From Lentisphaeria bacterium (GTDB lineage Bacteria; Verrucomicrobiota; Lentisphaeria; Victivallales; Victivallaceae), in NCBI GenBank assembly GCA_017508135.1, contig JAFVZN010000070.1:1122-65121 (forward strand): a stretch of 64,000 nucleotides of DNA, written 5' to 3'. The notes below the pieces were generated by a model that was given only the letters and a program-made list of their open reading frames with translations, searched no databases and was not told the DNA's origin. The translations under genes were made by a program, and so were the position numbers. Shown here piece by piece: positions 47,125 through 56,155 of this stretch (position 1 is its first letter; every line of letters begins with the position of its first letter).

Positions 47125-48790
47125 TTTGAGTATTTCCTGTGGCGGCGGGTTTCTCCGGCATGACCTTGTTCACGGCGCGCCGGATATCAAAGAAGGTGAC
47201 AAACAGCATCAGCGACACCAGTAACGTGACGAATATGTAAGAGAGTATTCTGGTGACCCGGGTCGGTATCGGACGGCGGAAGATGAGTTCCAGCAATCCG
47301 AAGAAAATATGTCCGCCATCCAGCACCGGAAGCGGCAGCAAGTTGAAGATAGCCAGCGCAAAACTCACCACCACCATCATATATATTCCGATCGCCGGAG
47401 AGGTTTTCACCGAAGTGAAAAGCACGATGCCGATACCCAATGGTCCTGACATGTGGCTGGGTTTCAAGGTGCTGGTATTCCGGGTCAATCCGAGCTTGTT
47501 GCCCAGACCGGTGACGATACCGCGCAGAGCCTTCCAGCTCATCATCACCGTGTCGTGGAACTGGCGGAACGGAGTCGGATGGTCGTAGACCGCCATGGAA
47601 ATACCGATATCGGCAGGAATGACCGCCTTCGGCGTGAGCGTAAACTTCTCAACTTTCCCGTTGCGGATGACTTCAAGTTCCACGGGAGCCCCTTGGGTTC
47701 GGGTAATGGTCTTCTTGATGGTAAGGGTACTTGTCACTTTGGTACCGTTGACCGTACTCAGCTGATCGTTTATCATCACGCCCGCCATCGCGGCGGGGTA
47801 CTCTTTTATCATATCGGTGACGAAAACCGGCTGATCTTTGCCGCGCTGTTCCATCGTGATACCGATAAGGTAATTGGTGTACTTTTCAGCAAGTTCAGGA
47901 ACCGGCTGCGGGATAACGGTGATGTCGATACGTTTTCCATCGCGTTCAACGGTCAGCACCAGCGGCTTGCCGCAAAAAAGGTCTATCTGCAGCTGGAACT
48001 GCCGGTAATCGCTGAGCTGCACACCGTTGGCGGCGATGACGATATCTCCGGCTTTCAAACCGGCTTTTTCCGCGACAGAACCGCGTTTGGGAAAGATCTT
48101 TATCGGAACGCGGGGCATGAAGAAGGGATACCCCACCCCCTCTTTGCGGATGCTTCCGGGAGCATTGGGGTTATCGACCGGAGTGTAACGGACGACAAAA
48201 GTTTTACCATCCCGGCGGACGGTCAACTCCACTTCTCCAGTGGTGTAGAGTATCTGTTCGACAAACTTCGCCCAGGAGAGGAAAAACTCTTCGCCGTTGA
48301 GCTTGGTTATAACATCGCCTTCGCGCAAACCGGCACGGTATTCAGGACTTGCTTCGACGATGCTCTGAACCGTGATCTCGCGCATTTTGGGAGTGTCCTG
48401 CGGCATACCCCAGATCCAGATGATACAGCCGATAAGCAAGCCGGAAATAATATTGAACAACGGTCCTGCCGCCGCCGTGATTATCCGTTCTTTCGGCGTA
48501 CCCGGGCGCAGTTCAGTACCGTCAGCGGCCTTGGGTATCTCATCGCTGGCATCGATCTGCGGAATTTCCACATACCCGCCGAAAGGGAGATAGCCGATGC
48601 GGTACTCCACGCCTTTATACTTTTTCCGCCAGAAAGGACGGAACCCCAGCGAAAAGGCATCGATGTGCAATCCCAGCATCTTTGCCGCCAGAAAGTGACC
48701 GAGTTCGTGAAACAATATGCAAAATCCCAGCGCGGCAAAAACAAATATCACCGCGCCCACAGTTCCGAGATGACTCCAAAAAGTTTCCAT
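47105..48790 (-). CDS. rseP: RIP metalloprotease RseP (site-2 protease)
   Basis: The start is set at ATG 48790 (METFWSHLG), which has an AGGAA RBS. It has HELGHFLAAK (HEXXH), several PDZ-like segments and a C-terminal NLLPLPVLDGG. Its 3' end overlaps the ispG start by 20 nt. Confidence 0.9.
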   Translation of the reverse strand: METFWSHLGTVGAVIFVFAALGFCILFHELGHFLAAKMLGLHIDAFSLGFRPFWRKKYKGVEYRIGYLPFGGYVEIPQIDASDEIPKAADGTELRPGTPKERIITAAAGPLFNIISGLLIGCIIWIWGMPQDTPKMREITVQSIVEASPEYRAGLREGDVITKLNGEEFFLSWAKFVEQILYTTGEVELTVRRDGKTFVVRYTPVDNPNAPGSIRKEGVGYPFFMPRVPIKIFPKRGSVAEKAGLKAGDIVIAANGVQLSDYRQFQLQIDLFCGKPLVLTVERDGKRIDITVIPQPVPELAEKYTNYLIGITMEQRGKDQPVFVTDMIKEYPAAMAGVMINDQLSTVNGTKVTSTLTIKKTITRTQGAPVELEVIRNGKVEKFTLTPKAVIPADIGISMAVYDHPTPFRQFHDTVMMSWKALRGIVTGLGNKLGLTRNTSTLKPSHMSGPLGIGIVLFTSVKTSPAIGIYMMVVVSFALAIFNLLPLPVLDGGHIFFGLLELIFRRPIPTRVTRILSYIFVTLLVSLMLFVTFFDIRRAVNKVMPEKPAATGNTQNAPENP

Positions 48791-48919
48791 GATTTTCCTG
48801 TCTGCTGTCGGAGGCAACTTCAAAAGTTTTGAACGGCTTTTGAAATCGGCTCATTGGTTAAAAAATATTTACTTCTTTATAAAATAGCCTCTCGCGGCTG
48901 ATTTTCAAGTTTTTTCAAC

Positions 48920-48948
48920 TTGTTTTAATGGCATTACTGTGTTATATT
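48920..48948 (+). promoter_or_regulatory. Putative sigma70-type promoter for folD
   Basis: TTGTTT, 17-nt spacer, TATATT (48943-48948). It lies 37 nt upstream of the ATG at 48985. Confidence 0.35.
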
Positions 48949-48984
48949 TTGAAAATGACAAATTTCATGAAAGGAATTTTTATT

Positions 48985-49866
48985 ATGCCAACGATCATTG
49001 ACGGTAAAGCTGTCGCCGCAAAACTCAATCAGGAAACTGCCAAACTGGTCGCAGAACTTGCCGCCAGAGGCAAAAAAACCACCCTTGCAGTCGTTCTCGT
49101 CGGAGAAGACCCGGCAAGTCAGGTCTATGTCCGCAACAAGATCCGCACCTGCGGCGAAGTAGGTATCATCTCCCGCGAAGTGCGTATGCCCAAAGAGAGC
49201 ACCACGGAAGAGGTTCTCGAAGTGGTCAATGCCCTCAACAATGACCCGGATGTGGACGGTATTCTGGTTCAGTCTCCTCCGCCGCCGCAGGTCGATGAAG
49301 AGAAGGTCATCGAAGCCATCGATCCGGATAAAGATGTCGACTGTTTCGCGGAACGCAATGTCGGCAGACTTCTGATCGGTCAGAAAGCCGGATTCCGTCC
49401 CTGCACCCCCTGGGGCGTTATCGAACTGCTCAAACACTACGGTGTCGACCCCGCCGGAAAACATGCGGTCGTCATCGGCAGAAGCAATATCGTCGGGAAA
49501 CCGATGGCGGCTCTGCTGATGCAGAAAGGAGCCACTGCCAACGCCACCGTCACAGTCGTCCACTCCCGCACTCCGGATATCTCCCGTTACACTCTGGATG
49601 CGGATATCCTGATCGCCGCCATCGGCAAAGCCAACTTCGTGCGCGGAAAAATGATAAAACCCGGTGCCGTGGTCATCGACGTCGGCATCAACCGCATCTT
49701 CGATGAGAAGCTGGGCAAAAACCGCCTGACCGGAGACGTCGATTTTGAAGAGTGCGCTCCGCTGGCCTCCATGATAACCCCGGTTCCCGGCGGTGTCGGT
49801 CCCATGACTATCGCGGTATTGATGCAGAACGCTTACATCGCCGCGAAACAGCGTTTCGAAGCGTGA
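48985..49866 (+). CDS. folD: Bifunctional methylenetetrahydrofolate dehydrogenase / methenyl-THF cyclohydrolase
   Basis: MPTIIDGKAVAAKL...VGEDPASQVYVRNK...GRSNIVGKP...PVPGGVGPMT. The track ORF start at 48928 is a spurious extension. Confidence 0.95.
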   Translation: MPTIIDGKAVAAKLNQETAKLVAELAARGKKTTLAVVLVGEDPASQVYVRNKIRTCGEVGIISREVRMPKESTTEEVLEVVNALNNDPDVDGILVQSPPPPQVDEEKVIEAIDPDKDVDCFAERNVGRLLIGQKAGFRPCTPWGVIELLKHYGVDPAGKHAVVIGRSNIVGKPMAALLMQKGATANATVTVVHSRTPDISRYTLDADILIAAIGKANFVRGKMIKPGAVVIDVGINRIFDEKLGKNRLTGDVDFEECAPLASMITPVPGGVGPMTIAVLMQNAYIAAKQRFEA

Positions 49867-49899
49867 TCCGGTTGAATGATTTCAGCCGTATAAAAAGAG

Positions 49900-49936
49900 A
49901 ATGTGCTGTGCGGAAATACCAACCGCACAGCACATT
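49900..49936. terminator. Bidirectional rho-independent terminator between folD and the aminotransferase gene
   Basis: Perfect 14-bp stem aatgtgctgtgcgg / ccgcacagcacatt with a 9-nt loop. T-runs follow on both strands. Confidence 0.8.
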
Positions 49937-49958
49937 TTGTAATGCCAGGCTGCGTTTT

Positions 49959-51146
49959 TCAACGCCCCATAAAACGTTTTATCCTTACCAACGCTTCCCG
50001 GAGTTCTGCCGCTCCGGTGGCGTAACAGCAGCGGACGAACCCCTCTCCTCCGGGACCGAATGCAGTTCCCGGAACCACCGCGACACGCTCTTCCTTCAAC
50101 AATTTTTCGGCAAACTCTTCCGAACTCATCCCGGTTTCCTTCACCGACGGGAAGGCATAAAACGCTCCATGCGGCATCAGACACTTCAATCCGGCATCGT
50201 TCAATCCGGCAACAAAAAAGTTCCGCCGTTCCCGGTAACTTTCCTTCATTTCAAGCATGGAGCGTTCACCCCGCTTGAGTGCCTCCAACGCCGCCTCCTG
50301 CGCCATGGTCGGTGCGCACATGATGGCGTACTGGTGTATCTTCATCATGGCATCTATCAACGCTTCCGGGCCGCAGGCAAAACCGATACGCCACCCGGTC
50401 ATGGCAAATGCTTTGCTCAAACCGTGCAGAAAAACCGTCCGTTCTTTCATATCCGGGAACGAAGCAATGGAAACATACTCTTCGGCATAGCACAATTCTG
50501 AATATATCTCATCGGTCAGCACCACCAGATTATGTTCAATGGCAATATCTGCGATCTGTCTCAGCTGGGCACGGTCCATCACCGCCCCGGTCGGGTTGCA
50601 CGGAAAGTTCAGCAATATGGCTTTGGTCCGGGGGGAGATCAACTTTTTCAAATCGTCCGGATCCACCGCGAAACCGTTTTCCATCCGGGTCGGCAACGGA
50701 ACCGGCACTCCGTGCGCCATGGCGATACCCGCCGGATAAGAGACGTATGCCGGTGTCGCATAAATCACCTCATCCCCCGGAGAAATCAACGCCCGGAACG
50801 CCAGATCCAATGCTTCACTTACTCCGACAGTGATGATACACTCCTTCGCCGGATCGTAATCGGCATGGTAATTTCTCTTAAGATACCGGCACACCTCCTC
50901 CCGGAGTTTCGGCATTCCCAGATTTGAAGTATAACCGGTATGCCCGGATTCCAGAGAATATATCCCGCTTTCCCGGATGCCCCACGGAGTGGTAAAATCG
51001 GGTTCTCCAACCCCCAGAGAGATGCAGTCGTCCATGGCATTCACCAGATCGAAGAATTTTCTGATACCGCTTTTCGGCAATCCGGCGATGTGCGGGGCAA
51101 TAAATTTTTCAGAAACAGATTTTGAGTCGTTCATAATTTTCATCAT
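49959..51146 (-). CDS. Class I/II PLP-dependent aminotransferase (aspartate aminotransferase-like)
   Basis: 395 aa with GEPDFTTP...YTSNLG...LSKAFAMTGWRIG (PLP lysine). The start is uncertain (51146, 51143 or 51134). It overlaps the 3' end of the Lrp gene. Confidence 0.9.
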   Translation of the reverse strand: MMKIMNDSKSVSEKFIAPHIAGLPKSGIRKFFDLVNAMDDCISLGVGEPDFTTPWGIRESGIYSLESGHTGYTSNLGMPKLREEVCRYLKRNYHADYDPAKECIITVGVSEALDLAFRALISPGDEVIYATPAYVSYPAGIAMAHGVPVPLPTRMENGFAVDPDDLKKLISPRTKAILLNFPCNPTGAVMDRAQLRQIADIAIEHNLVVLTDEIYSELCYAEEYVSIASFPDMKERTVFLHGLSKAFAMTGWRIGFACGPEALIDAMMKIHQYAIMCAPTMAQEAALEALKRGERSMLEMKESYRERRNFFVAGLNDAGLKCLMPHGAFYAFPSVKETGMSSEEFAEKLLKEERVAVVPGTAFGPGGEGFVRCCYATGAAELREALVRIKRFMGR

Positions 51147-51603
51147 TCAGCATTATACGTCCGGATTCTTTGTATTTACGGAGCATGAATCCGGTCGAGG
51201 TTGAAATCACACCGTCGATAGTTGCCAGCTTTTCAGCGACAAAGTTCGCCACTTCCTGCAAACTTTCCCCCTGGATGGTCAACAGCAGATCACAGCTTCC
51301 GGACAATAAAATCAAGTCGGTAACTTCCGGAAATTTGGCGATCCTCTGCGCCACATGGTCGAATCCGCCATCCCGGCGCGGAGTAACTTTGACTTCGATG
51401 ATCGCCTTCACCATAGCGGCACCGCCGGAGACCGCAAAATCATCCGTCACTGCCGTGTAACCCCGGATAACTCCGGAACGCTCCAAACCGGCAACGATAT
51501 CCTCAACTTCCTGCACGGAAGATATACCGCAACGCAATGCTATTTCAGCAAAATCCATGCGGGCATTTTCCCGCAGCAGCTTCAAAACTTTATTTTTCAT
51601 CAT
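51109..51603 (-). CDS. Lrp/AsnC family transcriptional regulator
   Basis: 164 aa with an N-terminal HTH (KVLKLLRENARMDFAEIALRCGISSVQEV) and a RAM domain. Confidence 0.9.
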   Translation of the reverse strand: MMKNKVLKLLRENARMDFAEIALRCGISSVQEVEDIVAGLERSGVIRGYTAVTDDFAVSGGAAMVKAIIEVKVTPRRDGGFDHVAQRIAKFPEVTDLILLSGSCDLLLTIQGESLQEVANFVAEKLATIDGVISTSTGFMLRKYKESGRIMLNDENYERLKICF

Positions 51604-52430
51604 AAAACCATTTCAAGTAAAACGATCAGTACCGGAAAAACAATACCGTTAAAGATAAAACTGTCCAACACGTCAAACGCTCCGCCCATTCCGGGGACCC
51701 AGTGACCGGAATCTTTGACATCGCACATCCGCTTGACTGCCGATTCCGCCAAATCACCGAAGAAACTTCCCAAACTCAGCACAGCCGCCGCTGTCAAGTA
51801 CCACCACGACGGCGCGTATGAGGTAAGGAGCGCAAAAACCGTTCCCACGGTCAGCGACAGAACAATTCCTCCGGCGAGCCCTTCCCACGACTTTTTCGGG
51901 CTGAGCGACGGGGCGAGCTTATGGTTGCCTCCGGGCAGTTTGGATGTCAGCATTCCGAAGATGTAACCGCCGGTATCAGTAGCCTTGGTCGCCAGACACA
52001 AAAAGAGCAGCCACGTTCCCGCCGGTACGCCTCCGGCAGTGCAGTTGTAACTGGAGAGAAATCCCAGCATCGCGGGAGCAAGCAGCATGAATACTCCTCC
52101 GGAAACCAGCACCCGTTCCAGAAGTTCATCTTTCTTTTTCAACAATATAACACCGCCGCCGATGCCTGCCGCCGCTCCGCACACGATCACAGCGGTCGTG
52201 AACTGGTTCAAAATCGTCAACATCGCAGTGATATAAAACAATTCCGCCACCACCGCCGGAAAGTTTTTCCGTCCGGAATCGTGCAGCATCTTCGCACATT
52301 CATAAACCGCCAGTGCCGCCATCAGCGGTGCCGCCGCAAGAAAGAGATACCAGCCGTAAGGACGCCAGAAAAATATCCCGCTCAACAGCGATATCAGCAA
52401 AATAAATCCGATGATCCTGAACTTTAACAT
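51600..52430 (-). CDS. cdsA: Phosphatidate cytidylyltransferase
   Basis: The start is set at ATG 52430 (MLKFRIIGFILL). The C-terminal signature is SAVKRMCDVKDSGHWVPGMGGAFDVLDS. The track ORF (to 52565) has an implausible Arg/Cys-rich extension. Confidence 0.9.
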   Translation of the reverse strand: MLKFRIIGFILLISLLSGIFFWRPYGWYLFLAAAPLMAALAVYECAKMLHDSGRKNFPAVVAELFYITAMLTILNQFTTAVIVCGAAAGIGGGVILLKKKDELLERVLVSGGVFMLLAPAMLGFLSSYNCTAGGVPAGTWLLFLCLATKATDTGGYIFGMLTSKLPGGNHKLAPSLSPKKSWEGLAGGIVLSLTVGTVFALLTSYAPSWWYLTAAAVLSLGSFFGDLAESAVKRMCDVKDSGHWVPGMGGAFDVLDSFIFNGIVFPVLIVLLEMVL

Positions 52431-52440
52431 CTTAAATTGG

Positions 52441-53076
52441 TCACTCCTTGAAAAATTCCGCTTCCACCGCCAGACACACCGTATGATATATCGGCAGATG
52501 CAGCTCCTGTATGCGGTAAGTCTCTTTTTCCGGGACCGCGATAACGATATCGGCAAACTCTTCACAGCAACCGTGACGGTTTCCGGTCAGCAGACAGGTT
52601 TTGATATTTTTCGCGCGGGCGGTGATGAACGCCTTGCGGATATTGGCAGCGTTGCCGCCGGTGGATATTCCCAGAAATATATCGCCGCTGCGCCCCAGAG
52701 ACCACAACTGCTGGGCAAATGCCAGATCTGCATCGACATCGTTTCCGAATGCCGTGGTCAGTGCCGGATGCGAAAGCAGTGACACCGCCCGCAAACCATT
52801 CTGCAGCTGAGTTCCGAAGGGGACACTTCCGGTATCTCCGCACTGCTTCAACTTTTCCAGATCCTCTGCACCAAGCGGACGTTTCCGGCAGAAACCTTTG
52901 AGCAGTTCGCCGCAAATATGTTCAGCGTCCGCCCCGCTTCCGCCGTTACCGGCGACAAAAAATGTGCCGCTGCTGCGGTAGAGGGCGATCATATCGCTTA
53001 TCAACTCTCCGATCGCCGGGATATTTCCTTTGAGTACCGGATAGCGAGCTTCAAGTTCGTCAAGATATGTTTTCAT
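52441..53076 (-). CDS. gmhA: SIS-domain D-sedoheptulose-7-phosphate isomerase-like protein
   Basis: 211 aa with GNGGSGADAEHICGEL...FGND...GISTGGNAANI...QELHLPIYH. This is colinear with GmhA. Confidence 0.85.
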   Translation of the reverse strand: MKTYLDELEARYPVLKGNIPAIGELISDMIALYRSSGTFFVAGNGGSGADAEHICGELLKGFCRKRPLGAEDLEKLKQCGDTGSVPFGTQLQNGLRAVSLLSHPALTTAFGNDVDADLAFAQQLWSLGRSGDIFLGISTGGNAANIRKAFITARAKNIKTCLLTGNRHGCCEEFADIVIAVPEKETYRIQELHLPIYHTVCLAVEAEFFKE

Positions 53077-53150
53077 AGGTAAAACCTCCCTTTCGGGCTT
53101 AATTTAACCGCATTTATAATGAAATACAAGGACTTTTTTGGAAAAAAGTA

Positions 53151-53717
53151 TCATTTTTCACTGAAACAGCCGAAAATCCGGCAAAGTTCATCGAAACGTG
53201 CCAGTGAAGCGGGACCGAATTTCGCCATCTGCTTCCTTATGAGCGGCAGCGGCTTTTCTTTCATCTCCCCGGATTTGGAGAAAAATTTGTCCGCAAGACA
53301 AATCACCTTTTCTTCCGGCGTCTCCGGCAGAAAATCCTGCACCGGCAACGGCAAACCCTGACTTGCGATCTCCTCTGCTGTCAAACCGCTTCCGGTATGA
53401 CGTTCACAAATCCGCGCCAGATTTTCCATCTCCTTTCCCGGCAATCCCCGCAGCATCCCGGCTCCGGCGATCCCGTGCGCAATATAGGGCAACCCGCCCG
53501 GACAGAAAATATCCGGAGCGTGGCACTTTATGATCCCGATGTCGTGGAGCATCGCTCCGTCAGAAACCAGTTGCAAATCGATTTCATGCGGTGAATTTTC
53601 ACACAACTGCAACGCTTTATCCCGCACCTGCATACTGTGTTTGAGCAGTACCCGGCGCAACTCCGGATCCCGGTAATAAAAACGCTCTATTATCTCATTG
53701 ACAAAATCCATAATCAA
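53151..53717 (-). CDS. HD-domain phosphohydrolase
   Basis: 188 aa with the HD motif AMLHDIGII and a downstream His cluster. Confidence 0.8.
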   Translation of the reverse strand: MIMDFVNEIIERFYYRDPELRRVLLKHSMQVRDKALQLCENSPHEIDLQLVSDGAMLHDIGIIKCHAPDIFCPGGLPYIAHGIAGAGMLRGLPGKEMENLARICERHTGSGLTAEEIASQGLPLPVQDFLPETPEEKVICLADKFFSKSGEMKEKPLPLIRKQMAKFGPASLARFDELCRIFGCFSEK

Positions 53718-53804
53718 CTATCCTGTCCTATAAACAACAACCGGCAGCCGTTTCTTGCGGACAATCCTGCCCTTTTCCTCCGAAGCCGTAACGGCGATGC
53801 AAAA

Positions 53805-53833
53805 AATATACTGCACGAGAACCGATTTGTCAA
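53805..53833 (-). promoter_or_regulatory. Putative sigma70-type promoter for the HD-domain gene string
   Basis: The minus strand reads TTGACA, 17-nt spacer, TATATT, a near-consensus promoter. It lies 88 nt upstream of the ATG at 53717. Confidence 0.55.
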
Positions 53834-53897
53834 GCAATCAAGGGGCAAGAGGTTCGGGCGACGCCGCATGTCGGATTTTTCACAAAAAATGCGATAT

Positions 53898-53934
53898 GAA
53901 GTTGAAAAGTTGAGAATATATGCTATTGTAATAC
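53898..53934 (+). repeat. Direct repeat copy A (37 nt, identical to 55309..55345), contains a promoter-like element
   Basis: Sequence gaagttgaaaagttgagaatatatgctattgtaatac. It contains TTGAAA (53902-53907), a 16-nt spacer and TGc-TATTGT (53921-53929). It lies 103 nt upstream of the BNR gene ATG. Confidence 0.9.
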
Positions 53935-54036
53935 ACCATTCAGGCTTTCCGGATCAAATATTAAGGTACAGGCGTTTCTGATATACTGTCGATCCGGAAA
54001 TTTTATTACTGCCAATGGATCATAACGGAGGCTTTA

Positions 54037-55254
54037 ATGAAAAAATATGGAGTTTTGATTATGTGTATATCTCTGCTTTGCAGTACACACGCGGTTCCGG
54101 AAATCACCTTGCAGCAGATAAAAACCAATTTCAAAGGCGATTTCTGCTATGTTCACGCACGGGCGGGAATGGTTCCGGATGGAACCGTCATTATCACCAC
54201 CCAGCCGCTGATACTGAAAGGGACGGACGTTTTTTACGGTTTGGAAATGCTCAAAAGCCGCGATGGTGGAAAGACATGGGGAAGTTTTGAAAAATCCAAA
54301 ACCATGATCCGCCGGAAATATGATGCTGAACGGGAATATGTCATATCCGACAGCACCCCGTTTTATCACAAAAAAAGCGGTAAACTTCTTATCACCGGAC
54401 ACAGCGCGGTATATTTGAAAAACCGCCTTGCTCCCCCGCCACGCCCGCGCCATACGTTATGGAGCATTTTTGATTTTGCGTCCGGAGACTGGGAAGTGCC
54501 GCGCCAACTTGAAATGCCGGATAATGAGTTGTTTTTCAGTTATGGAGCCGGTTGCACGCAAATTCTGGAGCTGCCGGATGGTGATCTGCTGATCCCGGTT
54601 TACGGTGCGTCTCTTGATGACGTGAAGTCGAAGCGACCCGGCAATACCCGGGTGCTGAAATGCAGTTTTGACGGCAAAGAACTTAAAGTTAAATCCTTTG
54701 GTGCCCCGCTGTCGGTAAATGTTCCCCGGGGATTGGGTGAGCCGTCGATAGCTGAATTCAACGGCAAATATTTTCTGGCACTGCGCAATGATGAAAAGGG
54801 GTATGTTGCCAGTAGTGACGATGGACTTAATTACAAGATCATAAAGGAACTTTGTTTCGATGACGGAAAACTTTCCGGAAACTACAACACCCAGATGCAC
54901 TGGCTCAAAGGCGGCGGTAAACTTTATCTGGTCTACACCAGAAAAGATGCCAAAAACGGACATGTTTTCCGCCACCGTGCCCCGCTGTACATGGCAGAAT
55001 TCGACCCGGAAAAACTGTGTATCATCCGCAGCTCTGAAATCATCGCAGTCCCGGAACGCGGCGCACGGCTGGGCAACTTCGGCTGTCTGCAAGTAAACGA
55101 TAACGAAGCATGGATCATCGCCGCCGAATGGATGCAGACCACCGCGCCGGATCCGTCAGATTACACCCGCTGTATGAAATACGGCAGCGACAATTCCATC
55201 TGGATCGCAAAAATCAGATTTACCCCGGAACCGGCGGCGTCTCATTCGTTGTAA
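54037..55254 (+). CDS. Secreted BNR/Asp-box beta-propeller protein (sialidase superfamily-like)
   Basis: 405 aa with a signal peptide and Asp-box motifs SRDGGKTW and SSDDGLNY. GGAGG RBS. Confidence 0.75.
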   Translation: MKKYGVLIMCISLLCSTHAVPEITLQQIKTNFKGDFCYVHARAGMVPDGTVIITTQPLILKGTDVFYGLEMLKSRDGGKTWGSFEKSKTMIRRKYDAEREYVISDSTPFYHKKSGKLLITGHSAVYLKNRLAPPPRPRHTLWSIFDFASGDWEVPRQLEMPDNELFFSYGAGCTQILELPDGDLLIPVYGASLDDVKSKRPGNTRVLKCSFDGKELKVKSFGAPLSVNVPRGLGEPSIAEFNGKYFLALRNDEKGYVASSDDGLNYKIIKELCFDDGKLSGNYNTQMHWLKGGGKLYLVYTRKDAKNGHVFRHRAPLYMAEFDPEKLCIIRSSEIIAVPERGARLGNFGCLQVNDNEAWIIAAEWMQTTAPDPSDYTRCMKYGSDNSIWIAKIRFTPEPAASHSL

Positions 55255-55308
55255 ACAGTTTCACTGAAACGGGATTATCACGATTTTTTCAAAACTATAT
55301 CGGAAAAA

Positions 55309-55345
55309 GAAGTTGAAAAGTTGAGAATATATGCTATTGTAATAC
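55309..55345 (+). repeat. Direct repeat copy B (37 nt, identical to 53898..53934), contains a promoter-like element
   Basis: Same 37-mer as copy A. It lies 142 nt upstream of the response-regulator ATG at 55487. The flanks are about 60% identical to the copy A flanks. Confidence 0.9.
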
Positions 55346-55486
55346 GCCGTTCGGGATTTTTGGGTTGAATATCAGGGAGCCGGTCGTTTTTGACATGTGG
55401 CAGAACCCGGAATTTTCACCGGACAGCAGTGATAGGATCATATATTTTGCATATTTATATATTTGACAAACCGGAGAGATTTTATT

Positions 55487-56155
55487 ATGAAAATACTGGT
55501 CATTGAAGACGATAAAAAGACAGCTGATTTTTTGCTCCGCGCATTGGCCGATGCCGGATATGAAACTTGTTATGCCGCCGATGGAGCACAAGGGCTGGAA
55601 CTCGGTCTGAGCGAAGATTTTGCCTGCGGCATCGTCGATATAATGCTTCCGGAGATCGACGGCTTTACGGTGATCGAAAAACTCCGCGCCGCCGGAAAAA
55701 ATGTTCCGCTGATCGTCCTGAGTGCCAAAAGTTCGCTGGATGACAAAGTTCACGGCCTCCACGCCGGTGCCGACTGCTACCTTGCCAAACCCTTCTCCGT
55801 GGCGGAACTTCTGGCAAACATCCAGGCCCAGCTCCGCCGGGTCTCTCTCAGCGCGGAACCGACCGTGCTGACGGTCGAAGACCTTGAGATCAACATCATC
55901 ACCCGCAAAGTCACCCGCGCCGGGAAATTGATCGACCTCCCCCCTCTCGAATATGACCTTCTGGAATATCTCGTCCGCAACGCCCACCGGGTCGTCACCC
56001 GCAGTATGCTTATGGAAAATGTCTGGGAATACAGCTTCGACCCCTCGACCAATATCGTCGAAACCCGCGTCTGCAAACTCCGGGAAAAAATCGACAAACC
56101 CTTTGGCAAAGAATTGATCCATACGGTACGCGGAATCGGCTATGTTCTCGAATAA
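55487..56155 (+). CDS. OmpR/PhoB-family response regulator (CusR/CopR-like)
   Basis: MKILVIEDDKKTADFL...DIMLPEIDGF...KPFSVAELLANI plus a winged-helix C-terminus (TVRGIGYVLE). The track ORF starts at 55463, but ATG 55487 has a GGAGAG RBS. Confidence 0.9.
   Translation: MKILVIEDDKKTADFLLRALADAGYETCYAADGAQGLELGLSEDFACGIVDIMLPEIDGFTVIEKLRAAGKNVPLIVLSAKSSLDDKVHGLHAGADCYLAKPFSVAELLANIQAQLRRVSLSAEPTVLTVEDLEINIITRKVTRAGKLIDLPPLEYDLLEYLVRNAHRVVTRSMLMENVWEYSFDPSTNIVETRVCKLREKIDKPFGKELIHTVRGIGYVLE

Noticed and set aside
47453-48832. 459-aa ORF antisense to rseP
   Set aside because: Shadow ORF. The minus-strand product has the HEXXH, PDZ and LDG motifs of site-2 proteases.
53901-53916. Internal tandem AGTTGAaa/AGTTGAga as an OmpR-family operator
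   Set aside because: The 8-nt periodicity does not match the ~10-11 nt half-site spacing typical of OmpR/PhoB regulators. One half is simply the -35 hexamer. I kept it only as a detail inside the repeat finding.
53898-55345. The 37-nt direct repeats as the ends of a mobile element or integron-like cassette carrying the BNR gene
   Set aside because: The repeats are direct, not inverted. No transposase, integrase or attC-like structure lies between or beside them. Each copy contains a well-formed promoter at a sensible distance from a start codon. Promoter duplication is the simpler reading.
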